DNA from: an uncultured Ruminococcus sp. | GTDB taxonomy: Bacteria > Bacillota > Clostridia > Oscillospirales > Acutalibacteraceae | Length of the DNA stretch: 61,425 bases | Assembly (NCBI GenBank): GCA_902803805.1 | Contig: CADCRH010000041.1 | Span: 1-61,425 of the forward strand | Direction: 5' to 3' | Part shown: in pieces, positions 47,778-57,582 of the stretch | Layout of the letters: every line of letters begins with the position of its first letter | Numbering within the stretch: the stretch's first letter is position 1 | The notes under the pieces: model-generated | What the model saw: only the letters and a program-made list of their open reading frames with translations | Databases searched by the model: none | Told to the model about the DNA's origin: nothing | Made by a program: the position numbers and the translations under genes

Positions 47778-48323
47778 ATGAAAAAATTTGTCTGTTCAGT
47801 ATGCGGTTATGTTTACGAAGGAAACGAAGCTCCCGACCAGTGCCCACAGTGTAAGGCGCCAAAAGAGAAGTTTAAGGAATCCAATGCTGATGCTTCTTAC
47901 GCAACAGTTCACGAAGTAGGCGTTGCTCAGGGTGTTGATAAAGAAATTTATGACGGTCTGGTATCAAACTTCAACGGTGAATGCTGTGAGGTAGGTATGT
48001 ATCTTGCAATGGCAAGAGTTGCCGACAGAGAGGGTTATCCCGAAATAGCTGCCGCATTTACAAAGTATGCATTTGAAGAAGCAGAACACGCAGCAAAATT
48101 TGCAGAGCTTCTTGGAGAGGTTCTCACAGACAGTACTAAGAAGAATCTCCAGATGCGTGCAGATGCAGAAGCCGGTGCTTGTGCAGGCAAGTTTGAACTT
48201 GCAAAGAAAGCCAAAGCTCAGAATCTTGATGCAATTCACGATACAGTTCACGAAATGGCAAAGGACGAAGCGCGTCACGGAGCAGGCTTCAAGGGACTTC
48301 TTAAAAGATATTTCCCTGACTGA
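47778..48323 (+). CDS. rbr: Reverse rubrerythrin (N-terminal rubredoxin-like, C-terminal diiron ferritin-like domain)
   Basis: [21 protein letters not shown] at the N-terminus, then [24 protein letters not shown] diiron ligand helices. Confidence 0.9.
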   Translation: MKKFVCSVCGYVYEGNEAPDQCPQCKAPKEKFKESNADASYATVHEVGVAQGVDKEIYDGLVSNFNGECCEVGMYLAMARVADREGYPEIAAAFTKYAFEEAEHAAKFAELLGEVLTDSTKKNLQMRADAEAGACAGKFELAKKAKAQNLDAIHDTVHEMAKDEARHGAGFKGLLKRYFPD

Positions 48324-48364
48324 TAAAGAGTTCATCGGCCTTTTAAAACAAAAGACAAGTTTTA

Positions 48365-48401
48365 CAAATGTCGGCTCTATAAGGGTCGGCATTTGTTTTT
48401 A
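48365..48401 (+). terminator. Terminator after rubrerythrin
   Basis: 13-bp stem CAAATGTCGGCTC / GGGTCGGCATTTG with three G-U pairs, followed by TTTTTA. Confidence 0.6.
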
Positions 48402-48479
48402 TATCATTTTATTCTGTACACACTTTACAATGTGTGATACAATGATGATATAAAATGATTGTGATATGGAGAAAAAATA

Positions 48480-49124
48480 ATGGCTTTAGAAAATAAATTA
48501 GGAATTTCCGATTCATCGGAGCTTGCCAGAGCAGAAGAAAAAATCAGCAAAAGAAAAGCGCTTGAATTATTTGAAACAGGTTTGTTAGATACCTTTGAAG
48601 TAGGAACGTGGAAAGGATTATCTGCAATACATCAACATTTGTTTGATGAAATTTATGAATTTGCCGGAAAAATAAGAACAGTTAACATAGCAAAGGGAAA
48701 TTTTCGTTTTGCTTCTGTTATGTATCTGGAAGCGGCACTTGTGAATATCGAAAAAATGCCTCAGTCCACCTTTGACGAAATCATAGAAAAGTATGTTGAA
48801 ATGAATGTTGCACATCCGTTCAGAGAGGGTAATGGAAGAAGTACCAGAATTTGGCTTGATGCGATTTTAAAAAAAGAGTTGCAGCAGGTGATAGATTGGA
48901 GTCGTGTTAACAAAGAAGATTATCTTCTTGCAATGGAACGAAGTCCGATTAAGGATATTGAAATCAAAGTGCTTTTGAAAGAAGCATTAACCGATAAAAT
49001 CAATGACCGTGAGGTTTATATAAAGGGTATCGACGCAAGTTACCACTATGAAGGATATCATATTTTTAAGACCGAGAATTTAAAAAACAGCAAGGAAGAC
49101 AAATCAAATGGAAATTATCATTAA
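48480..49124 (+). CDS. Fic family protein, class III (C-terminal inhibitory helix)
   Basis: Active-site HPFREGNGRSTR. C-terminal SYHYEG matches the [ST]xxxE[GN] inhibitory motif. Confidence 0.85.
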   Translation: MALENKLGISDSSELARAEEKISKRKALELFETGLLDTFEVGTWKGLSAIHQHLFDEIYEFAGKIRTVNIAKGNFRFASVMYLEAALVNIEKMPQSTFDEIIEKYVEMNVAHPFREGNGRSTRIWLDAILKKELQQVIDWSRVNKEDYLLAMERSPIKDIEIKVLLKEALTDKINDREVYIKGIDASYHYEGYHIFKTENLKNSKEDKSNGNYH

Positions 49125-49560
49125 TGAAAACACGTCCCATAAAGGGTCGGGCGGAAATGTGACAGCAGAAATTTTTTTACAAACAGGCGACAATGCTTTT
49201 CCGGCTTGTGACTGGAGTGATTTTCCGATAATCATAGTAGGGAATTGGCTGAATGAATATATGTCGTTCGATAAAACTCAAAAGGAGCGTAAATTTGAAT
49301 TTTACTTTATGGATGGTTCATATAAGATGACAGGAAAAACAACGCATAGTAACTGTTATCAGCTAACTTTCATCAAACAATATTGGAATATGGAAGAAAT
49401 TCTGTATAAAGAAGAAACGAATATTAAGGAATTTGAGCAAACATTGTTAAAGACTTGCAGAAAAATATTAAGGATAATGAGTAAAACAGGCACTAAAAAC
49501 GACAATATACGAAACTGTATGACATATTTAAAAGATAGGTTACAACCAACAGAGGTGTAA
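49108..49560 (+). CDS. Hypothetical protein translationally coupled to Fic
   Basis: 150-aa ORF overlapping the fic 3' end by 17 nt. No family recognised. Confidence 0.5.
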   Translation: MEIIINENTSHKGSGGNVTAEIFLQTGDNAFPACDWSDFPIIIVGNWLNEYMSFDKTQKERKFEFYFMDGSYKMTGKTTHSNCYQLTFIKQYWNMEEILYKEETNIKEFEQTLLKTCRKILRIMSKTGTKNDNIRNCMTYLKDRLQPTEV

Positions 49561-49714
49561 AATGTTTTCATTTTTTAGTAACAAACAAAACAAAGCCGAA
49601 AATAATAAAGATAACCAAAAACCGAAATATCTTGATGACTTTGATGAAACTGACGATCAATATTTGACTCCTCAAAATAAATAGCAAAAATATTAAAAAA
49701 ATCTTCGAAAAAGT

Positions 49715-49743
49715 TTGAAATTTTATTTGTTATGTGTTATAAT
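49715..49743 (+). promoter_or_regulatory. Promoter upstream of the DUF4250 gene
   Basis: TTGAAA - 17 nt - TATAAT with an extended -10 TGT. The leader of about 120 nt holds two hairpins. Confidence 0.6.
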
Positions 49744-49872
49744 AATAAAGTCGTATTTCATACGGCTTTAAGCTATACTTGCTTACAAGAATTTCCTTCT
49801 ATAAATATGGGCGTCTGATATAAAATCGGATGCCCATATCCATTCTGAACAGTAAAAGAAAGGTGATTATTT

Positions 49873-50049
49873 ATGTCAATACCAAATGATCCGTCTATTC
49901 TTATGTCATATGTCAATACAAAACTGCGTGATCATTATCCGAATTTAAAAGAACTTTGTGCTGCCGAGGATATAGACGAAAACGCACTCAAGGCAAAGTT
50001 GTCCTCCGCAGGATTTGAATATAATGAATCTCTTAACCGTTTTGCATAA
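49873..50049 (+). CDS. DUF4250 family small protein
   Basis: Below the ORF-track size cutoff. I translated MSIPNDPSILMSYVNTKLRDHYPNLKELCAAEDIDENALKAKLSSAGFEYNESLNRFA, which matches my recollection of DUF4250. RBS AAAGGTGA. Confidence 0.75.
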   Translation: MSIPNDPSILMSYVNTKLRDHYPNLKELCAAEDIDENALKAKLSSAGFEYNESLNRFA

Positions 50050-50162
50050 TAGATATTGTTTCGCACACTGTTTTGTAAAATATTAGCAAAATTGCTTGAT
50101 TATTTCGGCTGATTCTGATAAAATATGTATCATATATTTGTTAAAAGGAGTTGTATATAACA

Positions 50163-50729
50163 ATGAAGAAGAATCTTGGTGCAAAAGCAGTAATCACTCC
50201 GCTTCCTGTGTTGATCATTGCAACGTATAATGAAGACGGTACGGCAGATGCAATGAATGCGGCTTGGGGCGGTCAGTGCGGCGGCAGTTATATCGCGCTT
50301 AATCTTTCGGCATCACATCTCACAACCGAAAACATTCAAAGATTGAAAGAATTTACAGTAAGTATTGCTGATAAAAATAATCTTGTTGCTTCCGATTTTG
50401 TCGGACTTGTTTCCGGTAAAAAAGAGAAGGATAAGCTTGAAAAAGCAGGACTTCATACAGTCAAAAGCGATAATGTTAATGCTCCCGTCATCACAGAATA
50501 TCCGCTGACACTTGAATGTAAAGCAGTATCTATTCGTGAGGAACTTGGTGAGATCCGTATTGTTGGTGAGATAGTAAATACAATTGCTGATGAATCAATA
50601 CTCAACGATGAAGGCAAGGTTGACCTTGATAAACTTCAGCCTCTTGTATATGATTCACCTGGTCACTATTACAGAGTAGTGGGAGAAAAGGTCGGTAATG
50701 CGTTCAAAGACGGACTTGCATTAAAATAA
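50163..50729 (+). CDS. Flavin reductase (flavoredoxin-like) family protein
   Basis: LPVLIIATYNEDGTADAMNAAWGG is typical of the FMN-binding split-barrel flavoredoxin family. ATG after AAGGAG. Confidence 0.8.
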   Translation: MKKNLGAKAVITPLPVLIIATYNEDGTADAMNAAWGGQCGGSYIALNLSASHLTTENIQRLKEFTVSIADKNNLVASDFVGLVSGKKEKDKLEKAGLHTVKSDNVNAPVITEYPLTLECKAVSIREELGEIRIVGEIVNTIADESILNDEGKVDLDKLQPLVYDSPGHYYRVVGEKVGNAFKDGLALK

Positions 50730-50740
50730 GGAAAAGTAAT

Positions 50741-51067
50741 ATGACACTTACGGATATGATAGAACTTAAACAAAAGTCCGCAATGTGCAGAACTGCAAAC
50801 GAAATAGTGATTCTTTTTGATGAATACGGAGAGGATACCGATGAAAACGAATCGGAAAAAATTCTTGTCCTATCAAAAACGGATGCATTTACTGTCAGCG
50901 GCAGCAAAGCTGTTTTCCTTGGCAAAGAGATACACTGTACAAGTTGCCAAAACAATGTCGCAAATAAAATATTAAGTAATGCTGCTGAAATATTGTCAGG
51001 CTTTGAGAATGCACATGTTGGCTGCTGTGAATGTGGTACAACCTTTTCACTAAAAAAATTAAAGTAA
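50741..51067 (+). CDS. Hypothetical Cys-containing small protein
   Basis: 108-aa ORF 11 nt after the flavin reductase gene. CTSC..CCEC may form a zinc-binding pair. No family recognised. Confidence 0.45.
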   Translation: MTLTDMIELKQKSAMCRTANEIVILFDEYGEDTDENESEKILVLSKTDAFTVSGSKAVFLGKEIHCTSCQNNVANKILSNAAEILSGFENAHVGCCECGTTFSLKKLK

Positions 51068-51081
51068 TCATTCATATAAAA

Positions 51082-51119
51082 ATCGGTTTCGGGAAGTAAT
51101 TTTCGTGACCGATTTTTTG
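51082..51119 (+). terminator. Rho-independent terminator
   Basis: ATCGGTTTCG..CGTGACCGAT stem followed by TTTTTTG. Confidence 0.7.
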
Positions 51120-51261
51120 TATTTATATTTATTATATTATTGTTTGCAAATGCACAAATACAGTACTATAATAAATAATTAGTAGTACCAATTTTGTTAG
51201 AAAAAGGAACTATCGATTGCCATTATAATATTGTTGACCAAGAAATGAAAGGAACTATAAA

Positions 51262-51915
51262 ATGAAATATCAACTTGCCATTTTTGACCTTGACGGAACG
51301 ATTCTCGATACCCTTAAAGATCTTGCAGACAGTGTAAATTATTCCCTAAGAAAATCAAACTGTTCCGAAAGAACAATAGACGAGGTTCGTCGCTTTGTGG
51401 GCAACGGAATCTTTAAGCTGATTCAGCGTGCTGTACCTGAAAACAGCAGTGAAGAATTGATCAATACAGTATTTTCCGATTTCAAGGAATATTATAAAGT
51501 TCACTATGCCGATTCAACAAAGGAATATGACGGAATTACAGAATTGTTTACAAAACTCCGCAGCAGCGGCATTAAAATTGCAGTGGTGTCAAATAAAGCA
51601 GATTTTGCGGTTCAAAGTTTGTGCAAAGACTATTTTAGTGGTTTGCTTGACGCCTGTGTAGGAGAGAGGGAGAATGTTCGCCGTAAACCTGCTCCGGATT
51701 CGGTAAATGAAATACTTTCCATACTCGGTGTAGAAAAAGAAAATGCAGTATATATTGGTGATTCCGATGTTGACATCAAAACTGCCCAAAATGCCGAAAT
51801 GGACTGTATATCCGTTAACTGGGGATTTCGTGACACTGAATTTCTTACAGCAAACGGAGCAACTGTTATTGTCCAAACCACACAAGAGCTTTATTTAAAA
51901 ATAGTGAATACATAA
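51262..51915 (+). CDS. HAD-superfamily hydrolase (phosphoglycolate phosphatase-like)
   Basis: AIFDLDGTILDT (motif I), VVSNK (motif II), GDSDVD (motif IV). Confidence 0.85.
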   Translation: MKYQLAIFDLDGTILDTLKDLADSVNYSLRKSNCSERTIDEVRRFVGNGIFKLIQRAVPENSSEELINTVFSDFKEYYKVHYADSTKEYDGITELFTKLRSSGIKIAVVSNKADFAVQSLCKDYFSGLLDACVGERENVRRKPAPDSVNEILSILGVEKENAVYIGDSDVDIKTAQNAEMDCISVNWGFRDTEFLTANGATVIVQTTQELYLKIVNT

Positions 51916-52057
51916 TCTATCATATGTTGTTACCGATATGAACACTCATCGGCAACTGTGTTTGTAGCAAGCACTATACTGAAATCAGCTTAATTCCTAA
52001 CTATTTTTATAATTATAACTGAAAATTTGCGATAATAGCGAAAATATCGTTAATTGA

Positions 52058-52086
52058 TTGACAAAGAGAAAATAAAAAATTATAAT
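52058..52086 (+). promoter_or_regulatory. Consensus promoter of the wall-polymer cluster
   Basis: TTGACA - 17 nt - TATAAT, a perfect match to both hexamers, 36 nt upstream of the ATG at 52122. Confidence 0.7.
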
Positions 52087-52121
52087 ATTACAGAATAAAA
52101 AGTATAGGACTGTATGAGTTG

Positions 52122-53225
52122 ATGACGGTTTCACTTTGTATCATTTCGTATAATGAAGAAAATGTAATAGGCGAACTTTTAGCAATGGTTAAAAATCAGA
52201 CCTATTCGCACCATAAAACAGAGATTATTTTGGTTGACGGCTGTTCGGAGGATAATACCAAACAAATTCTTTTGGATTTTGCAGAAAATAACAGAAATGA
52301 TTATATCAATGTTCAGGTTCTTGAAAATCCGGAACGAAGTCAGGCATCTGGCTGGAACAAGGCGATAAGTAATGCGGTTGGTGATATTATCATTCGTGTT
52401 GACGCGCACGCAGAAATACCGAATGACTTTATAGAGCAGAATGTAAAGCTGATTCAGAGCGGTGAATCTGTTTGCGGCGGCGCAAGACCCAATAAAATCA
52501 ACGATCCGACACCGTTTAAAGAAATGCTTTTTCTTGCGGAAAGTTCGATGTTTGGCAGCTCCTTTGCCGGTTACAGACGTAAAAATGCCGAAGAAAAAAA
52601 ATATGTTTCATCACTCTTTCACGGTGCCTACCGCAGAGAGGTTTTTGAAAAGGTCGGCGGCTTTAATGAGGATTTGGGAAGAACAGAGGATAATGAGCTT
52701 CATTATCGTATCAGACAAGCAGGTTATCAAATCTGTCAGGGCAGTAATATTGTGTCCTATCAGCATATAAGAGGTACTCTTGGCGCGATGCTCAGACAAA
52801 AATACGGCAACGGAAAATGGATAGGACTTACCGTAGGTGTTTGTCCTCAGTGTCTTTCAATATTCCATTTTGTACCGTTTTGTTTTGTTCTTGCCATTAT
52901 TGTTGGAATTTTGTTGTATGTGTGCGGCAGTGTTTTTAGTCTGTGGTGGCTGTCGCTTCCTTTGATCGCACTGAGTATTTTGTATGTAACAGCAGATTTG
53001 CTGATGACAATTACGGCAATCATTCCGTCAAAAAAAAATATTTCTCAAATATTGCTCCCGTTTATCTTTTTGATACTTCACCTGTCATACGGTATCGGAA
53101 CACTTGTAGGGCTGTTAAAAATGCCGTTTTGGAAATCACGGCTTGACGGTTCGGCACAAAGGAAAATAGAAGAAGTAAAGAAGTGTGTCAAAGAAAATTC
53201 AAAAAACAATTTTGGAGGTAATTGA
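52122..53225 (+). CDS. Family 2 glycosyltransferase with C-terminal membrane segments
   Basis: SLCIISYNEE..VDGCSEDNT..RVDAH, then four hydrophobic helices. Confidence 0.8.
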   Translation: MTVSLCIISYNEENVIGELLAMVKNQTYSHHKTEIILVDGCSEDNTKQILLDFAENNRNDYINVQVLENPERSQASGWNKAISNAVGDIIIRVDAHAEIPNDFIEQNVKLIQSGESVCGGARPNKINDPTPFKEMLFLAESSMFGSSFAGYRRKNAEEKKYVSSLFHGAYRREVFEKVGGFNEDLGRTEDNELHYRIRQAGYQICQGSNIVSYQHIRGTLGAMLRQKYGNGKWIGLTVGVCPQCLSIFHFVPFCFVLAIIVGILLYVCGSVFSLWWLSLPLIALSILYVTADLLMTITAIIPSKKNISQILLPFIFLILHLSYGIGTLVGLLKMPFWKSRLDGSAQRKIEEVKKCVKENSKNNFGGN

Positions 53226-54116
53226 ATGGACAGTTCAATCAATCGGCAGACCAAAAAGGTGAGTGTATTTACAAAAATTATTGATGGAATACTTGCGATC
53301 CCAAGAGAGCATAAGGGCTTTGGAAAGCAGACATTTATGTTGGCAAAGGATGACCTTATCAAAACCTATAAAGGTGCCATCATCGGTCCCGGTTGGGCAG
53401 TAATGAAGCCGCTGTTTCAGCTTTTTGTATATTGGTTTGCCTTTACTGTAGGATTAAGAGGCGGTGCCAACAGACAGGAAATGGGAGTACCGTATTTCAT
53501 ATTCCTGATGGCAGGATTTTTACCGTGGTGCTTTATGAGTGATGTGATCTCATCGGGAAGCAAATGTATTCGCTCAAACAGACAGTTTGTAAACAAAATT
53601 TCCTTTCCGGTTTCCTGTATAATGACATATACAACTATATCAAAATTTTATGTGCATATATTTTTATTTTCATTAAGTTATATTTATCTTATGATTGCAG
53701 GAATAATGCCAAGTATTTATAACTTGCAGCTTTTGATATTTGCGCCTGTAATGTTTGCGTTTTATCTTTGTTTAACGTGGTCGCTTGCCCCGATGAGTGC
53801 TTTCAGCAAAGATTTTGAAAGCTTTATCACTACCATTATGTCCGGACTTTTCTGGCTTTCCGGTGTATGCTACAACTCCTATACGCTTGATTCCGAGGTG
53901 GTAAGGACAATACTGCTGTTTAATCCTATGACCTATTTTTGTAATGCTTATCGAAAAGCACTCATATGCGATAAATGGTTTTTTGAGGGCTTTAAGGATG
54001 GTCCTGTACATCCGTTATGGGAGACAGGTATCTTCCTGATTGAATTCGCTGTCATCATACTCTTGGGCATCTATAACTACAATCGCCTTAAAAAACGCCT
54101 GCCTGACGTTTTGTAA
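53226..54116 (+). CDS. ABC-2 type polysaccharide/teichoic acid export permease (TagG/Wzm-like)
   Basis: Six-TM ABC-2 layout and a conserved N-terminal AKDDLIKTYKGAIIGPGWAVMKPL. No cognate ATPase gene is adjacent. Confidence 0.8.
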   Translation: MDSSINRQTKKVSVFTKIIDGILAIPREHKGFGKQTFMLAKDDLIKTYKGAIIGPGWAVMKPLFQLFVYWFAFTVGLRGGANRQEMGVPYFIFLMAGFLPWCFMSDVISSGSKCIRSNRQFVNKISFPVSCIMTYTTISKFYVHIFLFSLSYIYLMIAGIMPSIYNLQLLIFAPVMFAFYLCLTWSLAPMSAFSKDFESFITTIMSGLFWLSGVCYNSYTLDSEVVRTILLFNPMTYFCNAYRKALICDKWFFEGFKDGPVHPLWETGIFLIEFAVIILLGIYNYNRLKKRLPDVL

Positions 54117-54135
54117 AATATTTCGGAGGAAACAA

Positions 54136-55335
54136 ATGGAAGAAACACTTCTTCAAAAGCTTCAAAGGGTGAAAATCGGTGATATAGGACATATCTTTCT
54201 TTTTATCATTGCATTGCCTGTTGCATTGATTTATAAACGTTTCCGAAAAGATTTGTGGGTGATATGCGATAATAAAAACGAAGCAAGAGATAATGGATAT
54301 TGGCTGTTTCAATATATACGTGAAAATTATCCCGAACAGGATGCTGTTTATGCCATCAGCAAAAAATCCCCCGATTACCAGAAGGTGAAATATTTGGGGA
54401 AAACGGTGAATTATGGCTCTCTCAGACATTGGATATTATATCTTACAGCAAGTAAAAATATAAGCTCGCAGAAAGGCGGAAAGCCTAATGCAGCAGTGTG
54501 TTATGTCCTTGAAGTAAAACAGATAATCAAGAACACCAGAATTTTTTTGCAGCACGGGATCATCAAAGATGATATGCCGTTTCTGCATTATAAAAATACA
54601 ATGATGAAAATGTTTGTTTGCAGTACTAAGCGTGAAACGGATTTTGTTGCCGAAAAATACGGTTATCCCGAAGGAAGTGTCAAGGAACTGGGTTTGTGTA
54701 GGTTTGATCAACTTCATAATATGACTGTAAAGCCCAAACAACTTCTTCTTATGCCCACTTGGAGAAGTTGGATCGCCACTCCTACCTCTGCCTCCGACGC
54801 AATAGAAGATGTGTCGGATTTCCGAAATACGGAATATTTTCGTGCGTGGAGTGAATTTCTTTCCAGTGAACGGTTAAGAAAAGTGCTTGATGACCACAAC
54901 TTGCAAATGATATTTTATCCTCATAGGGATATGCAAAGCTTTATTGAATATTTTGATATACAGAGTGAGAATATTACAATCGCAACGTGGCCGAAATACG
55001 ATGTTCAAACACTTTTAAGGGAATCTGCGTATCTCATCACCGATTTTTCAAGTATTGCAATGGATTTTGCGTATATGAAAAAACGATTGACTTATTATCA
55101 GTTTGATTATGAACATTTTCGGCAGGGACAATATCCTGAGGGATATTTCAGTTATGAAAAAGACGGTTTTGGGAAAGTATGTTATCGGTTGAATGATATA
55201 CTTGATGAAATAGAAAATGCAATTTCGGATGATTTTCAAAACCCAAAAATATATCTTGAACGTCATAAGAATTTTTTCGATCTTTACGATACCAATAACT
55301 GTGAAAGAAACTATAGGGCTATCAAGGAGCTTTAA
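54136..55335 (+). CDS. CDP-glycerol glycerophosphotransferase (TagB/TagF) family protein
   Basis: LLMPTWRSW, YLITDFSSIAMDFAYMKK, YFSYEKDGFGKVC. ATG after GGAGGA. Confidence 0.85.
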   Translation: MEETLLQKLQRVKIGDIGHIFLFIIALPVALIYKRFRKDLWVICDNKNEARDNGYWLFQYIRENYPEQDAVYAISKKSPDYQKVKYLGKTVNYGSLRHWILYLTASKNISSQKGGKPNAAVCYVLEVKQIIKNTRIFLQHGIIKDDMPFLHYKNTMMKMFVCSTKRETDFVAEKYGYPEGSVKELGLCRFDQLHNMTVKPKQLLLMPTWRSWIATPTSASDAIEDVSDFRNTEYFRAWSEFLSSERLRKVLDDHNLQMIFYPHRDMQSFIEYFDIQSENITIATWPKYDVQTLLRESAYLITDFSSIAMDFAYMKKRLTYYQFDYEHFRQGQYPEGYFSYEKDGFGKVCYRLNDILDEIENAISDDFQNPKIYLERHKNFFDLYDTNNCERNYRAIKEL

Positions 55336-55338
55336 TTG

Positions 55339-56349
55339 ATGGGTAATTTTGATACAATAGATTTTGTCATACCATGGGTTGATGGCAATGATCCGAAATG
55401 GCAAAAGGAAAAAGCAAAATATAATACATCTGTATCTATGAGTGAAAGCGATACGCCTGTCAGATACCGTGACTGGAATAATCTTCAGTACTGGTTCAGA
55501 GGAGTGGAAAAGTTTGCACCTTGGGTCAACAAAATTTATTTTATCACGTGGGGACACATTCCGAACTGGTTAAATACTGATCATCCAAAATTAAAAATAG
55601 TAAATCATAAAGATTATATACCCGAAAAATACCTTCCGACTTTTAGTTCGCATACGATAGAATTGAATATTCATCGGATTTCCGGTATTTCCGAGCAATT
55701 TGTCTACTTTAATGACGATATGTTTCTTTTGAGTAAAACAGAGCCAACGGATTTTTTTGTTGACAGAAAACCGTGTGACACATACGGATTGAATTGTATT
55801 TATTTCAGTCAGGATACAGCCGGTCATTTCAATGGTTCCAACCTTGAGGTGATCAATACCGAATTTAAAAACAAACACCTAATTATTAAAAAAAATGCTA
55901 AAAAGTGGTACAGTTTAAAAAACGGTTCAAAAGTTGTTTTAAAGACGATTTTGCTTTACCCGTGGGAATGGTTTCCGGGATTTCATTACAATCACCTTCC
56001 GACGAGCTTTATAAAGAGTACGTTCAGTACTGTATGGGAAAAATACTGTGAAACGCTTGATAAAACCTGTAATGATAAATTTCGCAGAGAATCAAATGTT
56101 AATCAATGGCTGATCAAATATTGGCAGTTATGTGAGGGTGTATGCGAGGTTCGTTCCGATAAAATCGGAGAATGTTTTCATATCACCGAAGAAAATTTTG
56201 ATCATCTCTGTAATACGATAAAAAATCAAAGTTGTAAATTGGTTTGTATTAACGATACACCGAGAACGATTGATTTTGACGATAAAAAACAAAGAATAAG
56301 GGAATGTTTTGATTTGATTCTTCCGAACAAGTCCTCCTTTGAACTTTAA
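55339..56349 (+). CDS. Stealth family (sugar-1-phosphate transferase) protein, copy 1
   Basis: CR1-like IDFVIPWVDGNDPKW. CR2-like RYRDWNNLQYWFRGVEKFAPWVNKIYFITWG. CR3-like LPTFSSHTIELNIHRISGISEQFVYFNDDMF. Confidence 0.8.
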   Translation: MGNFDTIDFVIPWVDGNDPKWQKEKAKYNTSVSMSESDTPVRYRDWNNLQYWFRGVEKFAPWVNKIYFITWGHIPNWLNTDHPKLKIVNHKDYIPEKYLPTFSSHTIELNIHRISGISEQFVYFNDDMFLLSKTEPTDFFVDRKPCDTYGLNCIYFSQDTAGHFNGSNLEVINTEFKNKHLIIKKNAKKWYSLKNGSKVVLKTILLYPWEWFPGFHYNHLPTSFIKSTFSTVWEKYCETLDKTCNDKFRRESNVNQWLIKYWQLCEGVCEVRSDKIGECFHITEENFDHLCNTIKNQSCKLVCINDTPRTIDFDDKKQRIRECFDLILPNKSSFEL

Positions 56350-56352
56350 GAG

Positions 56353-57507
56353 GTGAATAGATTGACACTTAATTTTTCCAAAAACGATACACTTGTTGTA
56401 AAGGGAATTGCCATTATATTTCTTGTATTTTATCATTGTCTTTCTTCTGTTGACAGGCTTTGCGGATATGATGTCAGTTTTGGTCTTATGCCACAGAAAA
56501 CCGCAATGTTTATCTTTGAAAGTATGAATATATGTGTTGGTATGTTTGCATTTTTGTCGTCTTACGGCTTGACAAAAAGCATTCTGCTGAAATATAAAAC
56601 ATTGGATTTGGATAAATACAGCGTATCGGACTTTTTGTCCAAAAGAACGATTTCTCTTTTAGGTTCATTTTTTATTCCGTATGTTATCTGTGTTGTTCCG
56701 ACATTCCTATTTACAGACTATAATCCTTATGGTAAGGACATAAGTTTTGTTTTTAATCTTCTTGCCGATATGTTGGGAATTTCCGGAATTATCGGTTCAC
56801 AACTTATGATTGGAACCTGGTGGTATATGGGATTTGCACTTGTTATTATTTTCTTGATGCCCCTGACGGTAAAGCTGTATCAGCATTTCGGGATTTTCTG
56901 CGTCGTGCCGTTTATCATTATTCCCGTACTTTTAAATCCCAATTTCTTTTCGTCAAAGGCTCTTGTTAATATGACACGTTGGCTCCTCACAATACCTATG
57001 GGTGTTATTTTTGCCGATTTAAAAATATTTGAGCGCTCAAAAGAAGCGAGTCCAACTAAGAACAAAATATTGGGCAAACTGATCAAATTCATTGTTCTTA
57101 CTGTCGTTCTTGTCATTTTGGTGATTTTCCGAAGAACAAACTGGTGTGAAAAATATTTCTTCTATTTTATCAGCTCCATTCTTCCTGTATATTTCATTTA
57201 CTATGTTTATGAATTCATCTGCGGAATACCTATCATCAATATGATATTGGCATTTTTGGGAAAACATTCATCCAATATCTTTTTTATACATACCTTTGTC
57301 AGGTATATATGGTTTAAGGATATTACCTATTCTTTAGGCAATTGGTTTTTAATATTTGGATTTGTACTCGGTACATCGCTGATACTTTCCATTGCCGTAA
57401 TAATAGTACAAAAACTTGTACGATGGGATAAATTTACAAAATTTTTGTCAAACAAAACCTCAAAGCTTTGCGGAAAACTGCTTGAAGCAGATCCCGTGAA
57501 TTCTTGA
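56353..57507 (+). CDS. Acyltransferase-3 family membrane protein (putative O-acetyltransferase)
   Basis: GTG start. About 10 TM helices. The N-terminal VVKGIAIIFLVFYHC is typical of the acyltransferase 3 family. Confidence 0.75.
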   Translation: MNRLTLNFSKNDTLVVKGIAIIFLVFYHCLSSVDRLCGYDVSFGLMPQKTAMFIFESMNICVGMFAFLSSYGLTKSILLKYKTLDLDKYSVSDFLSKRTISLLGSFFIPYVICVVPTFLFTDYNPYGKDISFVFNLLADMLGISGIIGSQLMIGTWWYMGFALVIIFLMPLTVKLYQHFGIFCVVPFIIIPVLLNPNFFSSKALVNMTRWLLTIPMGVIFADLKIFERSKEASPTKNKILGKLIKFIVLTVVLVILVIFRRTNWCEKYFFYFISSILPVYFIYYVYEFICGIPIINMILAFLGKHSSNIFFIHTFVRYIWFKDITYSLGNWFLIFGFVLGTSLILSIAVIIVQKLVRWDKFTKFLSNKTSKLCGKLLEADPVNS

Positions 57508-57582
57508 CATAAAATACAATATATGGTATATAAAGAATAATACAGTTTTGTTTTGGATTATTTTAACAAGGCGGTGTAAAAA

